NCBI GenBank assembly: GCA_965140785.1
Contig: OZ223484.1
Span: 1-64,000, forward strand
DNA from: an uncultured Ruficoccus sp.
GTDB lineage: Bacteria > Verrucomicrobiota > Verrucomicrobiia > Opitutales > Cerasicoccaceae
Direction of reading: 5' to 3'
Length of the DNA stretch: 64,000 nucleotides
Each line of letters begins with the position of its first letter. Position 1 is the first letter of the stretch. The position numbers were made by a program, and so were the translations under genes. This document shows positions 21,811-30,748 of the stretch, piece by piece. Below the pieces are notes generated by a model. The model saw nothing but the letters and a program-made list of their open reading frames with translations. It was not told the DNA's origin and made no database searches.

Positions 21811-23028
21811 ATGAAAACCCTCAAAACTATCCCTGCATTTGCAGCCCTCATTCTCAGTGCCAACCTCGCCAGCGCCGTTGACTACGAGTGGACCGGAAAT
21901 GCCGGTACCGACTGGAAAACCGCTGGCAACTGGGATCCCGAAGCCGTCCCTAATCTCAATGGAACAGATAACGCCACCGTAAGCGGCGAAGCCATTTACG
22001 ATGCGACCCCAGGCCAAGGCGACATGGTTCTCTCCACTGGCAGTACCTTGACCATTGAAAATGGGGGCAGTTGGACCGAAGAAAATGGGGCTGCTTGGTT
22101 TCAGCAGACCGGCGGCAACTTGGTCATCAACAACGGCGGCAGCTTCATTACCGGTTCAATGGGTCAGTTTAACCTCAATACCGGCGGCGCCATCACCATC
22201 AACACCGGCGGTACCTTTACCAGCACGAGTGCTACCCTCGCGACTAGCGGTGGGGGCACCCTGACAGTGAACGGCACATACAACAGTGGTGCGAATGGCA
22301 TGACATTTGAGACGGGCACCACACACACCGTAAATAGCGGTGGTGAAGTCAATGTCACCGGTGCTCTGACTCAACAGAGCGGATCAACCCTGACACTCAA
22401 CAACGGCGGCACCCTAAACGCTTCGAACCTCGCTTTGGTCGGAGGTGCCACCTTTAATGTCGGCGGGGTCGCGAATTTGGGTACCACCGCCTTAACGGTC
22501 GAAAGCACAACCACCATGAATGTAACGGCTGGCGCTACCCTGACCACGACCGGCAATCTCATTATTACCTCGGATGACGCGCTGTTCAACATGACAGGTG
22601 GGACCGTCAACATCGGGGAGTTCAAGCCCAATGCCAACGAAAGTATTCATGTCCTTGGCGGTGTGGTTAACGCGACGTTAATTTCCTTTGATGCGACCGG
22701 GACCCAGGGAATACTCGAACTGGGGGCGGCCCGCATCAATCTGTCCAATGGTACTTTCTCCCAAGGCATCTTTGCTGTCGATGGCGACGATTATGTTAAC
22801 TTCACCAGCATCAGCGCTCAACTCTTCATCGATAATCTTACCGAAGCCGGCGCCGATCTACTGCTCACCGACGGTCGACTGCGTTATAACGACGCCATCG
22901 GCAACATCATCTCCACTGCCCAAGCCGACGGTTATCTCTTTACCGTCGTGCCGGAGCCCTCGACTTATGCGGCTATGGCCGGTCTGCTCGCCTTGGGCGT
23001 AACTGGCCTGCGGCGGCGTAAAAGCTAA
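21811..23028 (+). CDS. PEP-CTERM surface protein with G/T/N-rich beta-helix-like repeats
   Basis: Signal peptide; repeated (G)GTLT(V/L)NxG; C-terminal VPEPSTYAAMAGLLALGVTGLRRRKS. Confidence 0.92.
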   Translation: MKTLKTIPAFAALILSANLASAVDYEWTGNAGTDWKTAGNWDPEAVPNLNGTDNATVSGEAIYDATPGQGDMVLSTGSTLTIENGGSWTEENGAAWFQQTGGNLVINNGGSFITGSMGQFNLNTGGAITINTGGTFTSTSATLATSGGGTLTVNGTYNSGANGMTFETGTTHTVNSGGEVNVTGALTQQSGSTLTLNNGGTLNASNLALVGGATFNVGGVANLGTTALTVESTTTMNVTAGATLTTTGNLIITSDDALFNMTGGTVNIGEFKPNANESIHVLGGVVNATLISFDATGTQGILELGAARINLSNGTFSQGIFAVDGDDYVNFTSISAQLFIDNLTEAGADLLLTDGRLRYNDAIGNIISTAQADGYLFTVVPEPSTYAAMAGLLALGVTGLRRRKS

Positions 23029-23061
23029 CACGCACGGTTTTTTTTGACGGGAGTTTCACTG

Positions 23062-23096
23062 AAAACCGTCGGCGGTCGCCGCCGGCGGTTTTTTTT
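23062..23096 (+). terminator. Rho-independent terminator
   Basis: CCGTCGGCGG-TCG-CCGCCGGCGG followed by T8. Confidence 0.85.
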
Positions 23097-23212
23097 GGCC
23101 CTCGGGCCAGCGTCTTACCCGGATGACACACATCCTGAGCTTGCTGTTTTTATTCGTATCCTGTATTAATTACTAATCACCCCACCCCCAACCCTTCAGC
23201 CCCGCTAAACGC

Positions 23213-25150
23213 ATGTCAGCCCTCGATATTATCCTGTTTTTCGTCGCCGTGGTCGGTGTCATCAGCTTCGGCCTAATCAAGAGCAGCCGGGAGACCACCG
23301 GCCCCAAGAATACGAGCGATTACTTCCTGGCCGGTCGTGGCCTGACCTGGTGGCTGGTCGGCTTTTCGCTCATCGCGGCGAACATCTCGACCGAGCAGTT
23401 CGTCGGTATGTCCGGGCAGGCGGCGGACTGGCTGGGCATGGCCATCGCCTCCTACGAGTGGATGGCGGCCATCACACTGGTGGTGATCGCGTTTCTCTTT
23501 CTGCCGCGCCTGCTGCGCTGCGGCATCTACACCATCCCGGAGTTTCTGGAATACCGCTTCGGCGTGCTCTCGCGCACGATCATGGCCATCGCCACCATGG
23601 TGATTCTGGTCGGCGTGCCGACCGCTTCGGTCATCTACTCGGGCGCCAAGGTGATGAGCGTTTTCTTCGGTGGAGTGACTCTGCTCGGGCTCGACCTGGG
23701 AAACCTCACCCTGGGCTGCTGGATCATTGGCCTGTCCGCCGCGGCCTATGTCTTCATCGGCGGGCTCAAAGCCTGCGCCTGGACCGACCTGATCTGGGGC
23801 TCGGCGCTGATCATCGGAGGCGCCCTGGTCATGTACCTGGCCTTCCAGGCTCTGGCTGACAAACCGGCCACCGAACTGATCCAGACCAAGGTCGCCACCT
23901 CGACCGCCACCGTCTCCGATCTCGACCAGGCCGGCGCCCTGAGCCGGCTGCACCTGCTCACCGAAGGCCCCGCCGTGGACGGCCCCAACGGCGCCGGGGG
24001 CAAACTCCACATGGTCCGGCCAGCCAGTGACAGCTCTATCCCGTGGACCGCGCTGATCATCGGGCTGTGGATCCCGAACTTTTTTTACTGGGGCCTGAAC
24101 CAGTACATCATGCAGCGCACGCTCGGCTCGAAGTCTCTGGCCGAGGGTCAGAAGGGCATCATCTTCGCCGCCGCGCTCAAGCTCATCATTCCCTTCGTCG
24201 TCGTCATCCCCGGCATCCTGGCCTTTCACCTCTACAACGCCGACCTCAAGGAACAAGCCCAGTATAAAAACGAAGCCGCCCTGAGCGCGTTCGAGGCCGG
24301 AGACATGGTCGTCTTCCCCTTCTCGGAACACTTCGCCCGCCTGTATCCGGAGAAGGCCGCCGACATCGTGCAGCACAACGCCATGGTCGTCGGGACCGAG
24401 GCCGTCGATCCCGACAGCCTCGCCTCACCGGAAGTCCTCACCGCGGCCAACGCCGACTTCGTGGACAAAGCGCTGGTGGCCAAGCTGCCCGTGACTTCGC
24501 GGCTGGTCGGCTATGACTACGACGCGGCCTTTCCCACTCTCCTGCGTAACCTGCTCAAGCCCGGCTTCACCTGGTTCGTGCTGGCGGCCATCTTCGGGGC
24601 GGTGGTCTCCTCGCTGGCCTCAATGCTCAACTCTGCCTCGACCATCGCCACGATGGACATCTACAACAAGCTGCGCAAGAGGGCCGAACAGCACGAGCTG
24701 GTCCGTGTCGGGCGCGTCTGTGTCGTGCTCTTTGTCCTCGTCGCCTGCTTTATCGCACCCAACCTCGGGCGTCCGGAATTCGGCGGCATCTACACCTTTA
24801 TCCAGGAGTTTCAGGGCTTCCTCAGCCCGGGCATCCTGGCCGTGTTCCTCTTCGGCTTCCTCGTGCACCGCTGCCCGCGCTACGCCGGGTGGCTGGGCAT
24901 TCTCCTGAACGTCGTCCTCTACGGCACGCTCAAAGTCGTCGCCCCCGAGATCGCCTTCCTCAACCGCATGGCGATCTGCTTTGGAGCCGTCCTCGCCGTC
25001 CTGGCCATCCTGACTCTCGTCAACCCGCTAGCCAAGCCCGTGGACATGCCCGAGAACAAGGAAATCGAGCTGACCAATTCCCCCTCGGCCAAGTTCTGGG
25101 GCATCGTCGTGGCCGCCGCCACCATCGGCCTCTACCTCATCTTCTGGTAA
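23213..25150 (+). CDS. Sodium:solute symporter (SSS, sugar-type)
   Basis: DYFLAGRGLTWW, AANISTEQFVGMSG, YWGLNQYIMQRTLG, SSLASMLNS. Confidence 0.93.
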   Translation: MSALDIILFFVAVVGVISFGLIKSSRETTGPKNTSDYFLAGRGLTWWLVGFSLIAANISTEQFVGMSGQAADWLGMAIASYEWMAAITLVVIAFLFLPRLLRCGIYTIPEFLEYRFGVLSRTIMAIATMVILVGVPTASVIYSGAKVMSVFFGGVTLLGLDLGNLTLGCWIIGLSAAAYVFIGGLKACAWTDLIWGSALIIGGALVMYLAFQALADKPATELIQTKVATSTATVSDLDQAGALSRLHLLTEGPAVDGPNGAGGKLHMVRPASDSSIPWTALIIGLWIPNFFYWGLNQYIMQRTLGSKSLAEGQKGIIFAAALKLIIPFVVVIPGILAFHLYNADLKEQAQYKNEAALSAFEAGDMVVFPFSEHFARLYPEKAADIVQHNAMVVGTEAVDPDSLASPEVLTAANADFVDKALVAKLPVTSRLVGYDYDAAFPTLLRNLLKPGFTWFVLAAIFGAVVSSLASMLNSASTIATMDIYNKLRKRAEQHELVRVGRVCVVLFVLVACFIAPNLGRPEFGGIYTFIQEFQGFLSPGILAVFLFGFLVHRCPRYAGWLGILLNVVLYGTLKVVAPEIAFLNRMAICFGAVLAVLAILTLVNPLAKPVDMPENKEIELTNSPSAKFWGIVVAAATIGLYLIFW

Positions 25151-25174
25151 ACTCTTGCAAACACGCGGCAATAA

Positions 25175-25261
25175 TGGTGCTCAGGGCGGGACTCGAACCC
25201 GCACGGCCTTTCGGCCACTGGATCCTAAGTCCAGTGCGTCTGCCAATTCCGCCACCTGAGC
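25175..25261 (-). tRNA. tRNA-Leu(TAG)
   Basis: GCTCAGG acceptor, GGCGGAATTGGCAGAC D-arm, CTGGA-CTTAGGA-TCCAG anticodon arm, long variable arm, GGTTCGAGTCC, CCA end. Confidence 0.97.
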
Positions 25262-25402
25262 CTTGGGAGCTGAAATGCGAAGCGGTTAGCAGAGGTAAAA
25301 ATCGCGGCAATGGCAAGACCGCAAACACGGGGTTTTCGATTGCCGGGGGTGGCGCTTGTTGTCTAAATTCAGGGTGCCGGTAAGCGGCGGGAATCTTACC
25401 CC

Positions 25403-25927
25403 ATGAAAACTGTCATCTTTCTCTTCGTTTTTTGCGCGGTGCAGAGCGGTGCGCTATTTGCCTCGGACAAGTACATGGTCCGCGTCGAGATCAAGTCGGG
25501 CGAGGACATCCTTGCCTTTCCCACCTTAATAACTTCAGCGGACGACCCTGCCATGATCGGCGTCGGGGAACAAGTCGGAGAGGATCTCGGGCTTGAGCCC
25601 GTCGGGACTGGCACGCTGATGGACCTGCAAAAACTCTCGGTCAGCGGCGAGACGGTGGAGGCTGCGCTTCATGTTACCCTGCGGGAGGTTGCCGCCCGCA
25701 GTGAGGACGGGCAGACGCTTCTGTTATCGGCCCAGGAATTCCTGCTCAAGGTCCGGATGCCGGCCGGCTCGTCCAAGGTGTATTCACTGGGCGAATACAC
25801 CTTGACCGTGACCATCCGAAATTTGGGCGATGCGCCCCTCCGCTTCGTGAAGCCGGGAGAGACGGTGATTATCAACGGCCAGCGCCTCCATTCCGGCCCG
25901 GCTACTGCACCTGTATTAAATCCGTGA
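25403..25927 (+). CDS. Secreted hypothetical protein
   Basis: Signal-peptide-like N-terminus, 174 aa. Confidence 0.6.
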   Translation: MKTVIFLFVFCAVQSGALFASDKYMVRVEIKSGEDILAFPTLITSADDPAMIGVGEQVGEDLGLEPVGTGTLMDLQKLSVSGETVEAALHVTLREVAARSEDGQTLLLSAQEFLLKVRMPAGSSKVYSLGEYTLTVTIRNLGDAPLRFVKPGETVIINGQRLHSGPATAPVLNP

Positions 25928-26813
25928 CGGGGATGACGAAGAGCTCGGCGTCCTCGTTGGTCACGAGGAGGGTGTCGGCGTCGATGAAGCAGATGCCCTC
26001 GCACTGGCCGAGGCGGTAGGGACGCCAGTAAATTTTACCCTCGGTCAGACGGTCCACATCCCCCTCGGGCGGCTCGAAGATCCAGATGTTGTCGTACACG
26101 AGCACGGCCACGCGGCTGCCGTCGGCCAGGGCGTCGGCACCGGTGACCATCCCGCGGGCGCCGAAGCTGCTCACCAGCGTGAGGGTGTTGGACATGTCTT
26201 CGCGGTAGCTGTCGAAGCGATACAGGCAGGTGTCGGCGTCGGCGCGGTGCTTGGTCAGCACGTACCAGGTGTCGTTGGCGACAAAGATCGCCTCCGTGTC
26301 GAAGTTCGCCGCCGCGGGCGGGAACTCCTTCTGCTCGGGAAAGTGGAAGGGAATGACGCGCTTGGCGATGGCCTGCTTGGCATAGCTGGGATCGGGCTCG
26401 GGCACGACATAGACCCGGAGATTCTGGCGACGATTGGCGTTGTTACCGAAATCTCCGATGAGGAGGTTGCCAGCGTGGTCCGAGGCAATGTCTTCCCAGT
26501 CCTCATTGTCCGCGAACTCGACCGGGATGCCCAGCCCATCCCCGAGCGCCACGGTCAGCCCCTCTATCGTCACCGGAAAGATACGGGCGCGGTCGCCGCT
26601 GTCGTTGTGGGTCCAATACACGCCCTCGTAGCGGGCGCTTTTGACAATGCCCGAGGACTCCTTGATCACATGCGAGTGAAAGGTCGCCACCGGCTCGATC
26701 TGGCGGGGGCCCGTTATCGGCACCTGAATGCGCGAGTAGGGTACGTTGGAACTGGTACAGCCTGCCCACAGCAGCGCAGCCGTCGCGCAGAAGATCGGGA
26801 TTAATCTTGTCAT
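25902..26813 (-). CDS. Lipoprotein, beta-propeller of the SdiA-regulated/phytase-like type
   Basis: Lipobox LWAG|C; ESSGI, WTHNDSG, DWEDIA, GDFGNN, FDTEA, QCEGI. Confidence 0.8.
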   Translation of the reverse strand: MTRLIPIFCATAALLWAGCTSSNVPYSRIQVPITGPRQIEPVATFHSHVIKESSGIVKSARYEGVYWTHNDSGDRARIFPVTIEGLTVALGDGLGIPVEFADNEDWEDIASDHAGNLLIGDFGNNANRRQNLRVYVVPEPDPSYAKQAIAKRVIPFHFPEQKEFPPAAANFDTEAIFVANDTWYVLTKHRADADTCLYRFDSYREDMSNTLTLVSSFGARGMVTGADALADGSRVAVLVYDNIWIFEPPEGDVDRLTEGKIYWRPYRLGQCEGICFIDADTLLVTNEDAELFVIPVTDLIQVQ

Positions 26814-26843
26814 TTTTTAGGTAAATTATCAGGGTGCGGAGCC

Positions 26844-27677
26844 ATGGGCTTACACCTCGAAGACAATGTTGAAGACGTTATTGGCAAGGCACAAAGCGGT
26901 CTTGGTCTGACGGATGAACAGCTAAAGGAAAAATCCGGCTTGAGCAAGGAGCGTCTGGAGGCGCTGAAAAATGGCGAAGCCGACGAATCCGCCCTGCGGG
27001 CGCTGGCCCCGGTTTTGGAATTGAACGCCGACGCCCTGGTCGATCTGGCCAAGGGCAACTACCAGCCGGCCGAAGTCGGGCTGAAGGGGCTTCTGGCCTT
27101 CACCACCCCCTACCCCGAAGGCTACGAAGGCATGACGGTGAACGCCTATCTCGTGTACGACCCGCAGACCCGCGACGCGGTGGTCTTCGACAGTGGAGCC
27201 GATGCGACGCCGATTCTGGAGGCGCTCAAAGAGCACGACTTGACGCTGCAACTGATCCTGCTCACCCACGCCCACGGCGACCACATCAAGGACCTGCCCC
27301 GCCTGCAGGAGGAAACCGGCAAACCCGCCACCTACATCTCCTGCCACGAGCCGACCGAGGGCGCCAGCGCAATTGAAGGAGGGGGCAGCTTTACGTTGGC
27401 CTCGCTCGGCATTCTGGCCCTGAATACTGCCGGACACTCCCCGGGGGGGATGACGTATGTCGTCCAGGGGTTGGAGAAAACGGTCGCCATCGTCGGCGAC
27501 TCGCTCTTTGCCGGTTCCGTCGGCGGAGCGGCCAAGGCCTGGGAGCAGGCCCTGCGCAACAACCGGGAAAAAATCCTGACCCTGCCCCCCGAAACCATCC
27601 TGTGCCCCGGCCACGGCCCCATGACGACTGTCGCCGAGGAGCGCGTACACAATCCCTGCCTGGCCCCCGCCGGGTAG
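26844..27677 (+). CDS. MBL-fold metallo-hydrolase with N-terminal HTH-like domain
   Basis: THAHGDH, GHSPGG, GDSLFAGSVG, PGHG; N-terminal helical XRE-like segment. Confidence 0.9.
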   Translation: MGLHLEDNVEDVIGKAQSGLGLTDEQLKEKSGLSKERLEALKNGEADESALRALAPVLELNADALVDLAKGNYQPAEVGLKGLLAFTTPYPEGYEGMTVNAYLVYDPQTRDAVVFDSGADATPILEALKEHDLTLQLILLTHAHGDHIKDLPRLQEETGKPATYISCHEPTEGASAIEGGGSFTLASLGILALNTAGHSPGGMTYVVQGLEKTVAIVGDSLFAGSVGGAAKAWEQALRNNREKILTLPPETILCPGHGPMTTVAEERVHNPCLAPAG

Positions 27678-27798
27678 GAAACCATTTCCCAGCCGCCCCT
27701 CTCCTGTCCCCTTTGGCCAACCGGAATTTTTATCCGGTGAAGTTCGCTTTAATGCCCTGTGCGGTTGCGGACGGCCCGGAACCCCTGTATCACTGATT

Positions 27799-28956
27799 AT
27801 GCCTAGAAAGAAATCCCGTAAAGCGACCCCCCAAGCTAAAAAAACCACCGTCGGCTTTGTCGGCGTTGGCCGCATGGGCGCCAACATGGCGCGGCGTCTG
27901 GCCAAGTGTGGCTACTCCGTGAGCGCCGTCTATGACGTCAACCGCCCCGGCGCGGAGGCCCTCGCGGACGAACTCGCCTGCGCCGCCCCGAAAAAACTGA
28001 GCGAGGTCACCGCTGCCGCCGACGTCATCATCACTGTCGTCACCAACGACGCAGCGATGAAAAAGATCTTCACCGCCAAGCGTGACAATCTGCTGGAAAA
28101 GGCCGCGGGCAAAGTCTTCATCAACTGCGCGACCGTCTCGCCGGACATCCACCGCGATATCCAGAAGCTCGCCCGCCGCCGCCGCGCCCAGACGCTGGAA
28201 GGCTGCATGGCATCCTCCATCACCCAGGCCCGCAACGGCACCCTTTACCTCATGATCGGAGGGGACGAGAAAGTTTTCACGCAGGTCCAGCCGCTGCTGG
28301 AAGACCTGAGCAAGGACCTGATCTACGTCGGCAAGGCGGGCAAGGCCGCCGAGGTCAAGGCGCTGGTCAACATGGTCATGAATATCAACACCGCCGGGCT
28401 GGCCGAAGGGCTCGGACTGGGCAAGGCGCTCGGGCTCGACCTGGAGCTGCTCCGCCGGGTCTTCTCGCAGACCGGAGCGAACAGCCGCGTGCTCGAGACC
28501 GACGCCGAGGACATGATCAAGCGCGACCACGAGTGTTTCTTCTCCGCCGCGCACGCCGCCAAGGACTCCGGGATCGCCCTCAAGCTGGCCCGCAAGAGCA
28601 AGCTCAAGCTTCCGCTGGCCACCGCCACCAAGGAACAGTACGAGCGCATGAAGGCCGAGGACCTGGGCGAGCTGGACAAGTCCGGCGTCGCCGAGTTGAC
28701 CTTCCCGGGCCGCCAGGGAGCCAAGAAGAAGACCACACGCAAGGCCAAGAAGAAAGCGACCAAGAAACGTACAGCGAAGAAAACCGCCCGGAAAACCGCC
28801 GCGAAAAAGACGACTGCCAAGAAAACCGCGGCCCGAAAAGCAGCCAGCAAGCGGGTAGCGAAAAAAGTCGCCGTAAAAAAGGTTCCCGCCAAAGGCACGC
28901 CGACCAAAAAGACGGCCCGAAAATCCACCCGAAAAAAGACCACCCGCAAGTGTTAA
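27799..28956 (+). CDS. NAD(P)-dependent beta-hydroxyacid dehydrogenase family protein with histone-H1-like K/A/T/R-rich C-terminal tail
   Basis: GFVGVGRMGANMARRL Rossmann motif, AEVKALVN catalytic Lys; last ~75 aa are KKTTRKAKKKATKK-type repeats. Confidence 0.9.
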   Translation: MPRKKSRKATPQAKKTTVGFVGVGRMGANMARRLAKCGYSVSAVYDVNRPGAEALADELACAAPKKLSEVTAAADVIITVVTNDAAMKKIFTAKRDNLLEKAAGKVFINCATVSPDIHRDIQKLARRRRAQTLEGCMASSITQARNGTLYLMIGGDEKVFTQVQPLLEDLSKDLIYVGKAGKAAEVKALVNMVMNINTAGLAEGLGLGKALGLDLELLRRVFSQTGANSRVLETDAEDMIKRDHECFFSAAHAAKDSGIALKLARKSKLKLPLATATKEQYERMKAEDLGELDKSGVAELTFPGRQGAKKKTTRKAKKKATKKRTAKKTARKTAAKKTTAKKTAARKAASKRVAKKVAVKKVPAKGTPTKKTARKSTRKKTTRKC

Positions 28957-28987
28957 TCGCCTCGGGCGCAGACTTTTCCTTTTCCAA

Positions 28988-29020
28988 GACCGGTGGATAG
29001 TGTCCGCCGGTCTTTTTTTT
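28988..29020 (+). terminator. Rho-independent terminator
   Basis: AGACCGGTGGA...TCCGCCGGTCT followed by a T-run. Confidence 0.8.
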
Positions 29021-29184
29021 GCGGAATGCGTAGGCGCAGTGCGTCCGGTGGCAGACTTGCTGTGCGGGGTCATTAATTCCCACCGGGAGATCCTTCGACT
29101 CGCTGTGCTCGCTCTGGATGACAACGCAACAGAGCTACGGTCGTTGCAGAATACGGTGTTCCACGCCGATGAAGAAATATTTTG

Positions 29185-29252
29185 TCCACAAATTGCACAG
29201 ATGGGCACAGATTCTTTCAGGCCCATCTATGCCCATTTGTGTCATCTGTGGA
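29185..29252. repeat. Imperfect 28-bp inverted repeat built of CACAGAT-like units
   Basis: TCCACAAATTGCACAGATGGGCACAGAT ... ATCTATGCCCATTTGTGTCATCTGTGGA, 23/28 complementary. Confidence 0.75.
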
Positions 29253-29332
29253 TCAATATAGAACCACATCCAGCTACAACTTTATAAAGATGCTCGCAAG
29301 GCAGCCAGGCCGGCGGCGTGGGCTGAGCAGGC

Positions 29333-30172
29333 TCAGGCTACCTCGATCACGAGGGCGGTGAGGTTGTCGCGGCCGGAGTTGAACATCGCCTCGTCGATCA
29401 GTCGGTGGGCGAGGCTTTTGTCGCCTTGGGCGGGCCTTTCGAGCACGCCCTGGATACCGGGGCGCGACAATCCGTCGGTGATTCCGTCCGTGGTCAGCAC
29501 GAAACGGTCTCCTGGCTCGTATTCTACCGCCCCGATCTGGGGATCCACATTCGAGACCTTGCCGCCGAGCACTTGCTGCAGGCCGCTCTTGCCGGGGTGA
29601 AAACGGGCCTGCGACTCCGTCAACTGCCCGGTGCGCACCAGCCAGCCCACATGTGTGTGGTCCTCGCTGATCTGGCGCAGCTCACCGCCTTTGGGCTGGT
29701 AATAAATACGGCTGTCGCCGACGTGGGCGAAAGTCATCCGTCCGGGCGCAAACCAGCACATGCTCAGTGTCGCGCCCATGCCGCTGCACTCGGGATAGGA
29801 ACGGCTCATTTTACCCATCTCCGCGTGAATTTCGGTGAAAAGGTTGTCCAGCCACTCCCCGGCGCCGCGGCGCATGCCCATCGCCCCGAGCCAAAAGCTA
29901 CGCGGGAGCGTATGGGAGATCCGGTCCACGGCGACCCGGCTGGCGAATTCCCCGGCGTTGGCCCCGCCCATGCCGTCGCTGACGGCGAAAATGAAGTCGC
30001 ACCCGCCCATGGGGGCCGAGCCGCCCTTGCCGAGCAGGCGCATCTCCTGCGGGTCCACCGTCAAGGCCAGGAAAGCGTCCTCGTTGTTTTTACGAAAACG
30101 GCCTGGATGCGTCATTCCAGACCAGGTCAGCCGGAGATCGCCGGAAGGGGTGTCAGCCTCGCACATGGTCAC
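29333..30172 (-). CDS. PP2C-family Ser/Thr protein phosphatase
   Basis: THPGRFRKNNEDA, VSDGMGG, HVGDSRIY, TDGITD, GRDNLT. Confidence 0.93.
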   Translation of the reverse strand: MTMCEADTPSGDLRLTWSGMTHPGRFRKNNEDAFLALTVDPQEMRLLGKGGSAPMGGCDFIFAVSDGMGGANAGEFASRVAVDRISHTLPRSFWLGAMGMRRGAGEWLDNLFTEIHAEMGKMSRSYPECSGMGATLSMCWFAPGRMTFAHVGDSRIYYQPKGGELRQISEDHTHVGWLVRTGQLTESQARFHPGKSGLQQVLGGKVSNVDPQIGAVEYEPGDRFVLTTDGITDGLSRPGIQGVLERPAQGDKSLAHRLIDEAMFNSGRDNLTALVIEVA

Positions 30173-30624
30173 TTCGTGGTTTCCCGCTCCCAGCCCTTGT
30201 CCCGGCGATCTGCCTCAACCTCGTCCAGGGTCAGCCCCTCGCCGGTCTCCAGGATGGTGGCAAATTCAAAATCGATGATGTTAAAGCTGCCCGTCCAGTC
30301 GTTGTAGGTGATGTTGCGCGGGAAGGCGTCGGCGTGGCGGACGCCGTACTTCTCCAGCTTCTTGAAGAGGGCCTCGGCCTTTTCGCGGGGGATTTTGTCC
30401 ACGACCTTGCCGCAATTGGTGGTGACGATGTAGCCCTCGCCCTCGTCGGGGTCGGCATGGAGCAGCCGGGGCACGAAATCGCAGCCTTTCTCCTCCAGGT
30501 AGCGCAGGACCCGCACTTCATTCTCATAGCGCTGCCGGGCCATCGGCCCCCGATAACGCTTGTGGACGCGACCGTCATATGTGATTCTGACGCTAGCCTG
30601 TTTAGTGTCCTTAATATCGCGCAT
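30169..30624 (-). CDS. Minimal protein-kinase-like protein (RIO/Kdo-like core)
   Basis: VHKRY, ENEVRVL, HADAFPRN catalytic loop, IIDFE; GTGA overlap with the PP2C start. Confidence 0.8.
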   Translation of the reverse strand: MRDIKDTKQASVRITYDGRVHKRYRGPMARQRYENEVRVLRYLEEKGCDFVPRLLHADPDEGEGYIVTTNCGKVVDKIPREKAEALFKKLEKYGVRHADAFPRNITYNDWTGSFNIIDFEFATILETGEGLTLDEVEADRRDKGWERETTK

Positions 30625-30649
30625 GAAAAATTTTACCAAATTGACAAAC

Positions 30650-30665
30650 TGGCACTACTTCTGCT
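30650..30665 (+). promoter_or_regulatory. sigma54 (-24/-12) promoter of glnII
   Basis: TGGCACTACTTCTGCT: canonical GG-N10-GC spacing, upstream of a glutamine synthetase. Confidence 0.75.
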
Positions 30666-30748
30666 GAAAGTTTCTGACCCTCGATTATCCGAGAAAGGGA
30701 CGGTTCAGTCGTCCCGGTCAACCAACTGCTTCGAACACATAATAACCC

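Noticed and set aside
25902..25927. 26-bp convergent overlap of two genes
   Set aside because: Short 3' overlaps are common.
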